DNA of 64,000 bases from Candidatus Poribacteria bacterium (lineage in GTDB: Bacteria > Poribacteria > WGA-4E > WGA-3G): the NCBI GenBank assembly GCA_965214095.1, contig OZ243938.1, positions 352,001 to 416,000 of the forward strand, written 5' to 3'. The notes beneath the pieces were generated by a model. The model ran no database searches and was not told where the DNA came from. It saw only the letters and a program-made list of their open reading frames with translations. Below are positions 52,474 through 62,656 of this stretch, in pieces. Every line of letters starts with the position of its first letter. The stretch's first letter is position 1. The translations under genes were made by a program, and so were the position numbers.

Positions 52474-53274
52474 TTATGATTGGATAGTATTGTCTAATTG
52501 TAAGTCTTTTAGAATTCGTTGAACTACTTCTTTTTGATGTCCGCGTTCAGCAGGCTGCTCCAATTCATACACTTCATCGGTTATCAGGTGTTTGTGATCT
52601 TCTTTAGGCAAACCACCATGCGAACCGTTATCTATGTATCTATTGAAAACGGTGAAACGGGGATAGTCCTCAGTCCATCTTCTTGCTCCATGATAGAGAG
52701 CTTCAGTGAATATAACACAGTCTCCTGCATTGACTGGGACATTTATTACGGTAGGAGGACCATCGTAAATAGAGAGATTTTCAGGTGGGTCAAAGTTGCG
52801 TTTGTGGCTGCCGGGAAGGCAAACAAATCCTGTTCCTTCAGGTACATCAACTAATGAAGTACCTGCATTGATAAATCCTGCATAAGGTTCTCCATCTTCC
52901 ACTCCGTAATCCTGTCCGGATCCATGAAAATGAATGTCATCCGATGTTTTATGGTTTTTTGTCAATGCACAATCTACGAGACAAGGTGATCCACGCGTGA
53001 GAGCTATGACGACACGCATGATCTCAATGTTAAGCACAAGTCGTTGAAAGGCTGCATCACCGTATTGCACATTGTTAATCCAATGTGCGATAGTTGAATT
53101 ATAATCGTTTGTCCGTGATGTAGAAGACAATGGAGGAGGCAATTCCTCTAATGCCATATCGTGCCAACGATGTCCCAATTCAATCATCAACTGAATGTCA
53201 TCAGGTGGGACAACCTTACGTAAAATAATGAATCCGTGGTGGTCAAAAAACCATTTTTCTTCAGGTGTTAACAT
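52474..53274 (-). CDS. Phytanoyl-CoA dioxygenase (PhyH) family Fe/2OG enzyme
   Basis: FFDHHGFIILR, LPGSHK, AGDCVIFTEALYHG, R. Confidence 0.85.
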   Translation of the reverse strand: MLTPEEKWFFDHHGFIILRKVVPPDDIQLMIELGHRWHDMALEELPPPLSSTSRTNDYNSTIAHWINNVQYGDAAFQRLVLNIEIMRVVIALTRGSPCLVDCALTKNHKTSDDIHFHGSGQDYGVEDGEPYAGFINAGTSLVDVPEGTGFVCLPGSHKRNFDPPENLSIYDGPPTVINVPVNAGDCVIFTEALYHGARRWTEDYPRFTVFNRYIDNGSHGGLPKEDHKHLITDEVYELEQPAERGHQKEVVQRILKDLQLDNTIQS

Positions 53275-53863
53275 TGGAATTCCTTTCTATCCATCGGTTG
53301 AACTCTTCTAAAGTTGTGACATTATCAGAAATTACTGCGCGATAGACAGCCATACTATTATACACATCACCGCGATAATCCGGACGTTGAGATATTGTGT
53401 GCTTTATACGTAGGATGGATGTTCGGTCAGCATTTTGAATGTTCTTGTGTAAAATATCAAATTCTTCCATGTGTGTTCTAAAATCTGTTTCACCATATCC
53501 CCATAGGTCTATCTTCCATTCTTGTTCATTGAAGAGAAGTAAGATACCCCAATAAAGTCCATGGTCAAATCCCGGAAAATTACGAATATAATGGTTCGAA
53601 AATGACATCTTTGTAATTTGGAACTTATTCGCAATTTTTGAGCCGATATCAAAGAACAAGTCAACATCCTGCTCATTTGGTAATATCATACTAATGTCAA
53701 TATCTCGCCATGTCATTGTATCTAAGGTGTAACTCCCAATAACGCGCGTTGTACCATATTGTTCCATGAGTGACAGCAAACCTTCATTGTTTAATAGATT
53801 GCTTGCTTCTTCCCGTATCAAACATGAATGTGAGAGAATATATTTATCAGTCATGACAACCAT
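53261..53863 (-). CDS. Pol-beta-superfamily nucleotidyltransferase-like protein
   Basis: IGSYTLDTMTWRDIDI (GS...DxD) plus WKIDLW. Confidence 0.6.
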   Translation of the reverse strand: MVVMTDKYILSHSCLIREEASNLLNNEGLLSLMEQYGTTRVIGSYTLDTMTWRDIDISMILPNEQDVDLFFDIGSKIANKFQITKMSFSNHYIRNFPGFDHGLYWGILLLFNEQEWKIDLWGYGETDFRTHMEEFDILHKNIQNADRTSILRIKHTISQRPDYRGDVYNSMAVYRAVISDNVTTLEEFNRWIERNSNVNT

Positions 53864-54062
53864 ATTTGGTGATGGATTTCATTCAATATATGGATTTGGA
53901 TTCCGTTCCACTTCAGCAAGTAATGTATCAACATAAGTACTTATATGGAACAAACGAGAGGGTGAATTCCCTATTCTACCTTGTCTCAAATATCCAAGTG
54001 AATCCCAATACTCACCAAGTTTTGGACAATTTAGTCCAATACAATTAAACAGAAATAAGAAC

Positions 54063-55259
54063 TTAAACTGCACCGTGTTTTTTCAACAGTTTAACTATTT
54101 CTTCCGTACCTATTCTCCGTTTTTGTGTTGCTATTTGTAGTGGCGTTGTCCCTCTGTTAGTCTTGAAATTAGGATTTGCACCATTGAGAAGCAATTTCTC
54201 TATTGCTCCACGTTGTTTTTCACCATTTTTTATTGTTGAACGTATAGCTTCAATTAAAGGGGTTTCACCTTTATTATCTACTGCATCAATAGTCGCGCCA
54301 TTATCTATAAGCACATCAATGACCTTGATAAATCCTGCTTTTGAAGCACAATGTAATGCTGTTTTACCTTTGCTACTCTTGACATCAATATCCGCTCCGA
54401 GTTCGAGCAGTCTTAATACACTTTCGGGGTGTTCACCTTTATCCCCGCGACATGCATAAGGTAATGGAGGCCATCCCATGTGACAAGGTGCATTTATATC
54501 TCTTGATGGAACACCATGAGACTTGAGAAGAACACTCATTTCAGAATTGTCATCGTAGATACGTGGTGCCTGATTTGAATCTGCACCGTTTTCAAATAAC
54601 AACTTCACGATGTCAACTCTACCTACTGATACGGCATGATCAAGTAATTCTTTACTATATTGTTTGACTTCAGCACCCATTGAAATCAGTAGTTCAACTA
54701 TGCGAATATTTCCACCAACGATGGCATAAGAGATAGACGTTGCAGATTCTGAAAACCTATGTTCAACTGAATGCGGCTCACCAGAAGGAAGCATTACAGA
54801 GTCAAGATAACCCATGTTTACAAGATTAATATCGTTATCAAGTAGTGCTTGGGCAGTGTCATAATCACCGAGATATGCAGCAGTATGAATATCAATTATT
54901 GCACCATTCTTTTGAAGGAAATCTGCAACATCATCGCGTCCTTCGTGTCGTGCAACACAGTATGGTGTAATTTCAAGTGCGTGTTGACTCAGATGGCAAC
55001 CCGGTAAATTCATATTCGCGCCTTGTTCTACCAGATATCTAACCACCTCTAATTTTCCACGATACGCTGCTTCCCAAAGCATCGTTCGTCCGTGTGAACC
55101 GACTGTGTGAAGCCAATCAGGTCTATATTTTAAGAAATGTTTCACTGCATTGAGGTCACCACGTCCTGCGGCAGCAACAACAATCTTTAGAAAATCGCTT
55201 TCTTTCCCAGTGAGTTGTGTTTTTGGCATTGACAATTCCTTAAATTTGTCTGAACTCAA
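54063..55259 (-). CDS. Ankyrin-repeat protein
   Basis: GRTMLWEAA, GKTALHCAS, GETPLIEAI, GTTPLQIA. Start possibly 55229. Confidence 0.9.
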   Translation of the reverse strand: MSSDKFKELSMPKTQLTGKESDFLKIVVAAAGRGDLNAVKHFLKYRPDWLHTVGSHGRTMLWEAAYRGKLEVVRYLVEQGANMNLPGCHLSQHALEITPYCVARHEGRDDVADFLQKNGAIIDIHTAAYLGDYDTAQALLDNDINLVNMGYLDSVMLPSGEPHSVEHRFSESATSISYAIVGGNIRIVELLISMGAEVKQYSKELLDHAVSVGRVDIVKLLFENGADSNQAPRIYDDNSEMSVLLKSHGVPSRDINAPCHMGWPPLPYACRGDKGEHPESVLRLLELGADIDVKSSKGKTALHCASKAGFIKVIDVLIDNGATIDAVDNKGETPLIEAIRSTIKNGEKQRGAIEKLLLNGANPNFKTNRGTTPLQIATQKRRIGTEEIVKLLKKHGAV

Positions 55260-55285
55260 TGCTTATATTGCATTACAAACAGTGG

Positions 55286-56020
55286 TTAATTGTTATCAAC
55301 AACGCGCGGTCTACTACCGATAGATGGGGGCAAAAGCATACGTTTTTGTTGTTCAGTTAATTCTCCGTATTTACTAATGTCATAATAATTTCCTGACCAT
55401 GCCGAATGACCTGGACTATATTTATAGAGAAGTGCACGCCGTTGATGTCCTGCTTTCCATGGCATAGTTCCATGCACGAGCGCTTCAGTGAAAAACAGCA
55501 CATCACCCGCTTCAAGTGCTGGTTGGAGAACATAGTGTGTAGGACGTGAAAAGTTTCGTACTTCAGGTGGGATTTCTCTTAAAAAATTACTTTTGTGACT
55601 TCCAGGAATACAGGCAAATCCGCCAGCACCCTCAGGTGCATCTGCAAGATTATATGTCATTACACACAACCCATTACGCATAATACCGTCACGGTATTTA
55701 TACCAATGGTCACCTTCAGGACCACCCGGACGACCACCATCCTCACCCCCGTGCAGACCTCCACGATTTTCACTACCGCTCATAAAGATCGGATAATCGT
55801 GATCAAGACGTACATTTGGACCTAACAAATCGATGAGATATGGAAGGATTTTAGGATGATCAATGAGTTTCTTGAACGCTTCACCCCAAGCACTTGGTGG
55901 ACCTTGCATTCCACCTTTGTCAATAAAGTTGTTCATTTCTGACACTTCATCGTCAGTCAATACATTCTTGATAATCAGATAACCTTCAAGATCAACCATA
56001 AATTTTTCTTCACCTGTCAT
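55286..56020 (-). CDS. PhyH-family Fe/2OG enzyme (tandem paralogue 2)
   Basis: LHGG, IPGSHK, AGDVLFFTEALVHG, RR. Confidence 0.88.
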   Translation of the reverse strand: MTGEEKFMVDLEGYLIIKNVLTDDEVSEMNNFIDKGGMQGPPSAWGEAFKKLIDHPKILPYLIDLLGPNVRLDHDYPIFMSGSENRGGLHGGEDGGRPGGPEGDHWYKYRDGIMRNGLCVMTYNLADAPEGAGGFACIPGSHKSNFLREIPPEVRNFSRPTHYVLQPALEAGDVLFFTEALVHGTMPWKAGHQRRALLYKYSPGHSAWSGNYYDISKYGELTEQQKRMLLPPSIGSRPRVVDNN

Positions 56021-56087
56021 GAGATATATCTACCTTTCATTTTAAGTTTATACAAAATTCATAAGTTTTTACCAGTGATCTCTTTTA

Positions 56088-56289
56088 TAGTAAAAACCAT
56101 AATTATTTACACACGACGGTAGGTTCGGTTTCCTAACCGAACCATAGGCGTCAATTTAAGGGGAATTACGTTATAACTCCATGCCGGTAGGTTCGGTTTC
56201 CTAACCGAACCGGTATTTGTTCAGTCTCATAGATGCGGTTAGAAAACCACATCTACCGTGGAGTGTGCAAGTAATTATAGATTTCACTA
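56088..56289. mobile_element. IS630-type MITE (202 bp, TA duplication) with three REP hairpins
   Basis: TA|TAGTAAAAACCATAATTATTTACACAC ... GTGTGCAAGTAATTATAGATTTCACTA|TA. Confidence 0.88.
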
Positions 56290-56305
56290 TAAACAATGTC
56301 TATTT

Positions 56306-57040
56306 TCAATTTGAGTCAACAACGCGTGGTCTCTTGCCGATGGATGGAGGTAAGAGCAAACGTTTTTGTTGATCAGTCAATCCATCATATTTGCTGATGT
56401 CATAGTAATTGCTCGACCAAGCAGAATGTCCCGGACTATATTTATATAATAAAGCACGTCTTTGGTAGTCTGCTTTCCAAGGCATTGTGCCGTGTATGAG
56501 TGCTTCAGTGAAAAACAGCACGTCGCCTGCTTCAAGTGCTGGTTGGACGACATAATGAGCAGAACGTTCAAAACTTCGCACATCTCTCGGTATTTCTGGT
56601 GCGAAATTACTTTTGTGACTTGCTGGTATACATGCAAATCCACCGCCACCTTCAGGGGCATCGGCAAGGTTATAGGTCATCACGCACAGACCATTTCGTA
56701 TAACACCGTCTCGGTACTTATACCAATGGTCTCCTACGTTTCCACGCGCATGACCCCCATCTTCTCCACCATGCAATCCACCTCTTTTTTCACCTTTATT
56801 CATAATAATTGCATAATCGTGATCCAAACGGACATGAGGTCCCAACAGTTCAATCAGATAAGGTAATATTTTGGGATGATCAATCAGATTCTTGAAAGAT
56901 TCACCCCAAATACTGGGACGACCTGCCATTTCACCCTTGTCAATAAAAGCGTTCATCTCATCCACTTCATCCTGAGTTAATACATTCTTAATTACGAGAT
57001 AACCATCAAGGTCTACTTGAAATCTCTCTTCACCTGTCAT
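56306..57040 (-). CDS. PhyH-family Fe/2OG enzyme (tandem paralogue 1)
   Basis: Same length (244 aa) and very similar sequence to 55286-56020. Confidence 0.88.
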   Translation of the reverse strand: MTGEERFQVDLDGYLVIKNVLTQDEVDEMNAFIDKGEMAGRPSIWGESFKNLIDHPKILPYLIELLGPHVRLDHDYAIIMNKGEKRGGLHGGEDGGHARGNVGDHWYKYRDGVIRNGLCVMTYNLADAPEGGGGFACIPASHKSNFAPEIPRDVRSFERSAHYVVQPALEAGDVLFFTEALIHGTMPWKADYQRRALLYKYSPGHSAWSSNYYDISKYDGLTDQQKRLLLPPSIGKRPRVVDSN

Positions 57041-57069
57041 ATTTGGACTTTCCTCTCTTTCTGTAATAA

Positions 57070-57181
57070 TACCATTTCTAATAGAAAACGCCGCATTTTT
57101 GTAGCATAAACTGCCAGTTTGTGCAGTCCTTCAAGACATTCTTAACAAATGTTAATGGGATAAACATTTATAGAAATGGTA
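57070..57181. mobile_element. 112-bp MITE with TAA flanks (IS5-like)
   Basis: TAA|TACCATTTCTA ... TAGAAATGGTA|TAA; internal gtagcataaactgccagtttgtgc hairpin. Confidence 0.7.
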
Positions 57182-57440
57182 TAACATTACCAAAAGATAA
57201 CTTGTCATTATCAAAATAGGTGTTCGTAGTCGCGCAATTCATTGCGCCTCTTATATTCTCTGTCTTAGGTTGAATTCACAATCTCATAATGAACTATTCT
57301 TTATTAGAAAGCGTATAAGATCTATACAAGATTATTCAGCAACTTCTGCCACTCTAAATACGATATCTTCTTAGCAATTGATTATAGCAGCTCAATTTAT
57401 GATGTGTCAAAACGAATTCTCCAAATGTGTTTATCGGTAA

Positions 57441-57469
57441 TTGCATCACTGACCTAGATATGGTATACT
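57441..57469 (+). promoter_or_regulatory. Sigma70 promoter (extended -10)
   Basis: TTGCAT-17-TATACT with TG at the extended position. Confidence 0.55.
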
Positions 57470-57508
57470 AAAGAACACTATACATCATTTTCTCAATCCT
57501 TTAAAAAT

Positions 57509-58228
57509 ATGTACATAGATTTACTCAGTTATCCATTGGTAGAAATACCAGCCGGACCATTCACGATGGGAACGTATCCGACAGGAATGCGGAAAACCGA
57601 CCCTGAAGAACCACAACGTAGTGTCACGCTGGATTCTTATGCGATTGGCATCTATCATGTAACGAATATGCAATATGCTCAATTTGTGAAGGAGACAGAT
57701 TACCAACAACCTATGTATTGGAGAGATGATCGTTTTAACTTGCAAGATTGTCCTGTTGTAGGTGTAAGTTGGTATGATGTTAACAATTTCATGGAATGGC
57801 TCAACAATCTGACTGATGCTAATTATCGTTTGCCAACTGAAGCGGAATGGGAGAAAGCAGCGCGCGGCACGGATGGAAGAGAGTATCCTTGGGGCAATGT
57901 CTGGGATGCAGATAGAACGAACACAGCAGAAACTGGTATAAAGAAGTTAGTCCCAGTTGGTAGTTATCCTGATGGTATTAGTCCTTTTGGTTGCTATGAT
58001 ATGGCAGGTAACGCTTATGATTGGTGTAGCGATTGGTTTCATATTGAAACATATAAATACGCACCCGCTGACAATCCAATGGGGGCAGTTGATGGAAGAC
58101 GAAAAGTGATACGCGGAGGTTCGTGGCAACCACGCGGTGAGTATGCAGCGCGATGTGCAAATCGTGCTGCAAAGGAACCAGCAAATTCGAGTCATAATGT
58201 GAGTTTCCGTATTGCAATAGATGCTTAA
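57509..58228 (+). CDS. Formylglycine-generating-enzyme (SUMF1/EgtB/PvdO) fold protein
   Basis: PAGPFTMG, PVVGVSW, RLPTEAEWEKAARG, YDMAGNAYDW, RGGSW. Confidence 0.88.
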   Translation: MYIDLLSYPLVEIPAGPFTMGTYPTGMRKTDPEEPQRSVTLDSYAIGIYHVTNMQYAQFVKETDYQQPMYWRDDRFNLQDCPVVGVSWYDVNNFMEWLNNLTDANYRLPTEAEWEKAARGTDGREYPWGNVWDADRTNTAETGIKKLVPVGSYPDGISPFGCYDMAGNAYDWCSDWFHIETYKYAPADNPMGAVDGRRKVIRGGSWQPRGEYAARCANRAAKEPANSSHNVSFRIAIDA

Positions 58229-58230
58229 AA

Positions 58231-59310
58231 ATGACAAAACTATCTACACCTGAATCCTATCAAGAGTTCCGTAATGCCTTGCTGAAATGGTTTGAGAAAC
58301 ATAAACGTGAAATGCCGTGGCGCGGGATTGATGACCCATACAAGATTTGGGTTTCTGAAGTGATGCTTCAGCAAACACAGGTAAAGAAGGTAGTTGCATA
58401 CTATGAAAGATTTATTAAGAAGTTTCCCGATGTTCAACACCTTGCCGAAGCACCTTTACAAGATGTTCTAAAAGTATGGGAAGGTTTGGGGTATTATGCA
58501 AGGGCACGGAACCTACATAAAGCAGCACAAATTATCATTCAGGAATATGCTGGTAAAATACCGAATGACTATGCAACCTTTCGTAAATTACCGGGCATTG
58601 GGGATTATAGTGCCGCAGCAGTCCATAGTATTGCCTTTAACGAACCCTATGCTGCAGTTGATGGGAACATAAAACGCGTTTTAGCAAGGTTGTTGCTAAT
58701 TGATGCACCTATCAACGATACTTCGTCAGCAAAACTATTTCAGCAGAAGGCAGACACACTATTAGATAAAAATGAACCTGGGCAATTCAATCAAGCGATG
58801 ATGGAATTGGGAGCGACTGTCTGTCGTCCTCAATCTCCCACTTGTCTTGTCTGTCCTGTGAATTTATTTTGCGGTGCGTTTCAAACTTCACGACAAGATG
58901 AATTTCCAATAAGACTCAAACGTGAGAAAGTACCAGAACATCACATGATTGCTGGCGTAATCTACAAAGGATCAGAAGTACTTATCGTACAACGTCCTCT
59001 TGAAGGATTACTTGGTGGTCTCTGGGAATTTCCCAACGATCAGATCGCTGAGAACGAAACTGCCGAACAAGCATGTATACGTCTTACGGCAGATGTCGTG
59101 AATCTTTCTGTCCGTAATCTAAAATACCTCACTCGAGTGAAACATGCATTCACACATTTTAAAATCGTTGTGGATGTGTTTGAATGCGATTATCAATCGG
59201 GTGAGGTAGTACTGAATGAACCGATTGACGCAAAGTGGGTAAAACTCAATGAATTGAAGGATTATCCACTTCCGCGTACAACCCACAAAATATTAGAGGA
59301 ATTAATTTAG
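58231..59310 (+). CDS. mutY: A/G-specific adenine glycosylase
   Basis: WVSEVMLQQTQV, GLGYYARARNLH, LPGIG, VDGN, CX6CX2CX5C cluster, C-terminal NUDIX-like HAFTHF. Confidence 0.95.
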   Translation: MTKLSTPESYQEFRNALLKWFEKHKREMPWRGIDDPYKIWVSEVMLQQTQVKKVVAYYERFIKKFPDVQHLAEAPLQDVLKVWEGLGYYARARNLHKAAQIIIQEYAGKIPNDYATFRKLPGIGDYSAAAVHSIAFNEPYAAVDGNIKRVLARLLLIDAPINDTSSAKLFQQKADTLLDKNEPGQFNQAMMELGATVCRPQSPTCLVCPVNLFCGAFQTSRQDEFPIRLKREKVPEHHMIAGVIYKGSEVLIVQRPLEGLLGGLWEFPNDQIAENETAEQACIRLTADVVNLSVRNLKYLTRVKHAFTHFKIVVDVFECDYQSGEVVLNEPIDAKWVKLNELKDYPLPRTTHKILEELI

Positions 59311-60252
59311 AGAACCGAATTTTGCCTCGTATTTCTCCCAGACATCATCTGGAATTGGAGTACTTGCTGCGATTACATTGGCATTTAATTGTTCTTTATT
59401 CAGACTGCCAATGTTATTGCCATGAATCCTTTCTTCTCGCAAACAGAACTGGATGGCAAGTTGAAGTATACTAATACCTTCTTCAACACACCATTCCCAA
59501 ATTGGATATGCTGCTGCAACATCACCCTCTTTTTTCCATCGACCGCGTTCAATTTCATCATCAATGTTAACATCTGTTAGGATACCACGTAGAATTGACC
59601 AACCGTTCATCACACCGATATCTGCTTCAGCCGCAGCGGGAAGGATTGTGTCCTTCACAGATTGACGGACAAGATTGTAATCGTTAAAACACAAGAGAAG
59701 GTCAACATCTCCAGTTGCGATAGCTTTTAAGTGAAAATCGTGCGGGTGCATTCCATATCCGACAAATCGGACAAGTCCACGCTCTTTACATTTGAGTAAA
59801 CCTTCAAGCGTTCCACCCTTTTCAAGAGTGGGATCAATTGCTCTTGGATCATGTATCAACATACCGTCAAGATAATCAATATTTAGTATTTTTAGTTGAT
59901 CTTCAAGATCGGCAATTGTTCGGTCAGCAGAATAGTTTGGTTCTCCTTGTCCATAACCTCCCCAATCCGCACCAGAATGGCAACAGAGACGTGCTGTTAT
60001 GATGACATCTTCACGCGGAATCTCCTTCATTGCTAATCCAAGTTTCCTTAATGAATCTCCATAACACCGGGCACAGTCAAAATGGTTGCTACCGATAGAG
60101 ACGGCGTACTTAATCAAGTCAATTGCATCTTCATCTGATACATGCCCAAAATTGTTCCCGAAACCTTGTGTGCCATAAGGGATAACAGGGATACTTAATT
60201 CAGTTCTTCCTAATCGTCGTCGTGGTATAGTTGGTAATGATTGATTTGCCAT
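59302..60252 (-). CDS. Aldo/keto reductase
   Basis: RRLGRTEL, FDCARCYG, DYLDGMLIHD, QLAIQF. Start ATG 60252 with GGAG RBS. Confidence 0.88.
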   Translation of the reverse strand: MANQSLPTIPRRRLGRTELSIPVIPYGTQGFGNNFGHVSDEDAIDLIKYAVSIGSNHFDCARCYGDSLRKLGLAMKEIPREDVIITARLCCHSGADWGGYGQGEPNYSADRTIADLEDQLKILNIDYLDGMLIHDPRAIDPTLEKGGTLEGLLKCKERGLVRFVGYGMHPHDFHLKAIATGDVDLLLCFNDYNLVRQSVKDTILPAAAEADIGVMNGWSILRGILTDVNIDDEIERGRWKKEGDVAAAYPIWEWCVEEGISILQLAIQFCLREERIHGNNIGSLNKEQLNANVIAASTPIPDDVWEKYEAKFGSLN

Positions 60253-60403
60253 TATAATCTCCTGATAAGCGCGCAATGCATTGCATTATGACCAGTTACC
60301 ACACATTACGCAATAGTTGTCCAGTCCATTTTATCTTGCAAAATATTTCTTGTTCCTATTTTTTATATGCTTCTCACATCTAAAAAATTAATAGAAGACA
60401 CAA

Positions 60404-60970
60404 CTACTGAAAGAGTTGTGAGACTGGACAGATAAATCCCGGCACAACATTTTCACCCGTGAGTGTGTCTTCGTACGTGAGCAGTGCAATATCTCTTTCA
60501 GAACGATAAACTGTCACCGTTTGGGAGTGGGGTTCAAGAATCCAGACAAGTCGTGTTCCAGCATTCAGATAGGCGAACGCTTTTTCCACAACGCGTGACT
60601 GTACATCTGTCGGTGAAATAACTTCAATCGCCAGGTCGGGAGGGACCAGAAAACCTTTATTTTCGTCTCCATCCAATCGGGTACTTGAAACAAACGCCAC
60701 ATCGGGTTTCAGTCCGCGTTCACCGACCCGAAAAGTTGCCTCAACATGTACCTCACCTAACTGATTCTGACGCACATGCTGGTCTAAATGTCGGATAACA
60801 TTCACACTAATCTTGCTATGTGCTCTTGTGGCTGGTGACATCGGCACTAATTCTCCTTTAACGTATTCATAACCCTCTATATCGTTTTCAAGAAATTCTG
60901 CCAATGTTATGGAGACTTTTTCTGGTGTGATAACCTCTTGGGTGACTTCGTGAAACTCTTGTTGTGTCAT
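60404..60970 (-). CDS. Uma2-family endonuclease-like protein
   Basis: YEYVKGEL, KPDVAF, PDLAIEVISP, YLNAGTRLVW. Confidence 0.9.
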   Translation of the reverse strand: MTQQEFHEVTQEVITPEKVSITLAEFLENDIEGYEYVKGELVPMSPATRAHSKISVNVIRHLDQHVRQNQLGEVHVEATFRVGERGLKPDVAFVSSTRLDGDENKGFLVPPDLAIEVISPTDVQSRVVEKAFAYLNAGTRLVWILEPHSQTVTVYRSERDIALLTYEDTLTGENVVPGFICPVSQLFQ

Positions 60971-61014
60971 GGCTCTCTTACCCTTTTGATATTCAATAGT
61001 AATCATTGTACTAT

Positions 61015-61251
61015 TTAGGGTTCTGTTTTGTCAAGTGGATATGTCTCCTCTTCTTTTGATAACAGATACGGATCTTCCTTCGTCAATTCACCGTTCGGAA
61101 GTTCGTAGTAACGATGCCCGTTAATATCATACACATTCGGAATCCCTTTCTTGCGGTTCTCTTCTTGTGCCCTTTTCGCAGCACGGTTGCCAATTTGCAA
61201 AAACTTACGGGCTTGTTTGTATGTTTCAAGGCTCAATTCATCTTGACGCAT
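61015..61251 (-). CDS. Small hypothetical protein (antitoxin-like)
   Basis: GNRAAKRAQEENRKKGIPNVYDINGHRYYELPNG; GGAGG RBS. Confidence 0.6.
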   Translation of the reverse strand: MRQDELSLETYKQARKFLQIGNRAAKRAQEENRKKGIPNVYDINGHRYYELPNGELTKEDPYLLSKEEETYPLDKTEP

Positions 61252-61323
61252 TACGTACCTCCATACTGAAACCTAACAACTCACACAATTTGAAATTTGG
61301 TAAGCACTAATGTTCTGTCTACA

Positions 61324-61421
61324 CTTATCTTGTAGGTCGGGTAGAGGCACGAAACCCAACATGCAGCCATTTATCATCAATAAAGGCGGGTGTCGTCCCT
61401 CTACCCGACCTACAAGATAAG
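61324..61421. repeat. REPIN-like inverted REP pair
   Basis: 24-bp perfect inverted repeat cttatcttgtaggtcgggtagagg / cctctacccgacctacaagataag. Confidence 0.85.
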
Positions 61422-61434
61422 AATGGACACTCCA

Positions 61435-62055
61435 CTAGTATTGATCAGAACCATCATGTGGAAGCGGTACTGCCCAAATATTCTGATACCGAACTAAATT
61501 TCCGTGGTCTTGTAGACGTAGTGGACCAGGTTTCGCAGCATCGGAATCACTACCTCCACCTATGCCGGGTAACTGGACGTTATTTAGAATTACCAATCCA
61601 TTCTGTATGGCAGTAACTCTGACGTTTTCAATCATGTCACCAGCATCGTTGAAGCGAGGAGCACGGAAGATAACGTCATAAGACTGCCAATGAAGTGGTG
61701 GATTACAAGCGTTAACAAGAGGAGCGAATTGATTGTATATGGCACCACAATCGCCTTTACCCGGCACATCAATACCGTAGGAATCGAGTACCTGTATTTC
61801 ATACCTTCCTTGGAGAAAAACGCCACTATTACCTTTTGCCTGTCCACTTGCTTCGGGCATATCAGGACACATAAATTCAACATGTAGGAAATGATCAGTG
61901 AAAGTTTCTTTACTGGAAATGTCACCGGTGCGTGGTTCAACAATCATCGCGCCATCTTCGACTTTCCATTTCGGTTCACCGTCACGTCCTGTCCAATTAC
62001 TAAGGTCTTTTCCATCAAAGAGAATCACAGCGGATTCTGGGGGTGTTTGTAACAT
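61435..62055 (-). CDS. DUF1080 (3-keto-disaccharide hydrolase family) protein
   Basis: LFDGKDLSNW, GNSGVF, YEIQVLD, GAIY, WQSYD, LQDHG, YQNIW. Confidence 0.9.
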   Translation of the reverse strand: MLQTPPESAVILFDGKDLSNWTGRDGEPKWKVEDGAMIVEPRTGDISSKETFTDHFLHVEFMCPDMPEASGQAKGNSGVFLQGRYEIQVLDSYGIDVPGKGDCGAIYNQFAPLVNACNPPLHWQSYDVIFRAPRFNDAGDMIENVRVTAIQNGLVILNNVQLPGIGGGSDSDAAKPGPLRLQDHGNLVRYQNIWAVPLPHDGSDQY

Positions 62056-62085
62056 AAGTTTTCCTTTCTAATGCTATACATTTAT

Positions 62086-62656
62086 TTGACATACTCCCCC
62101 AACTAAAGCAGGGGGATTCTTTTGTCCCTCTGCACTGGGTAAATTCTGCGATCTACAGTGAATGCGAATGCCAGCAAAATATATTACCTTTATCCGTCTT
62201 CCATCACCTACTGCACTGGACGATGCCCCGCCCATTCACCTGTCACAGATTTTCACCTGCTTTAGATGGCAAGATTCTTTTTTGTGAAGTGGCACTGCTT
62301 CACCCGAAACAGTTCATTGTTGTCCTTCCTACCAGACACCCCGACACAACAAGAGATGACTTACTTCTCTTGGGGGTCTTTTATACAATATGTTTACTCG
62401 CTCCTTTTGAGAGTTCGCTATTTAGCGACTTTGGTAACGCATATCGCAGATATGTGCTGCATATCAACCCGCTCACGTATTCCAGTTCACATTCGACTGG
62501 CATGATATGGATGCTCTCCACCAACTTGCATGGCTAACGATGTAGTATTACATCTAATCTTTCGTTGGGCAGTCAGTGATACCCTGCACATGTTTTAGTC
62601 CTTAGTGGTGTCTACATCCCCGTGCTAAAGCATCGGGGTCTTGACACCGAAGATTG
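62086..62656 (-). mobile_element. Non-autonomous IS200/IS605-family (IS609-like) element
   Basis: Minus strand: TTAT|CAATCTTCGGTGTCAAGACCCCGATGCTTTAGCACGGGG (left-end hairpin) ... GAATCCCCCTGCTTTAGTTGGGGGAGTATGTCAA (right end); no intact tnpA or tnpB. Confidence 0.8.

Noticed and set aside
57509-58228. Diversity-generating retroelement target or catalytic FGE
   Set aside because: No reverse transcriptase or template repeat seen, and the catalytic Cys pair after RGGS is absent.
62223-62537. Plus-strand ORFs inside the IS605-like element as real genes
   Set aside because: No recognisable motif and antisense to the element; likely spurious, as are most short antisense ORFs in the track.
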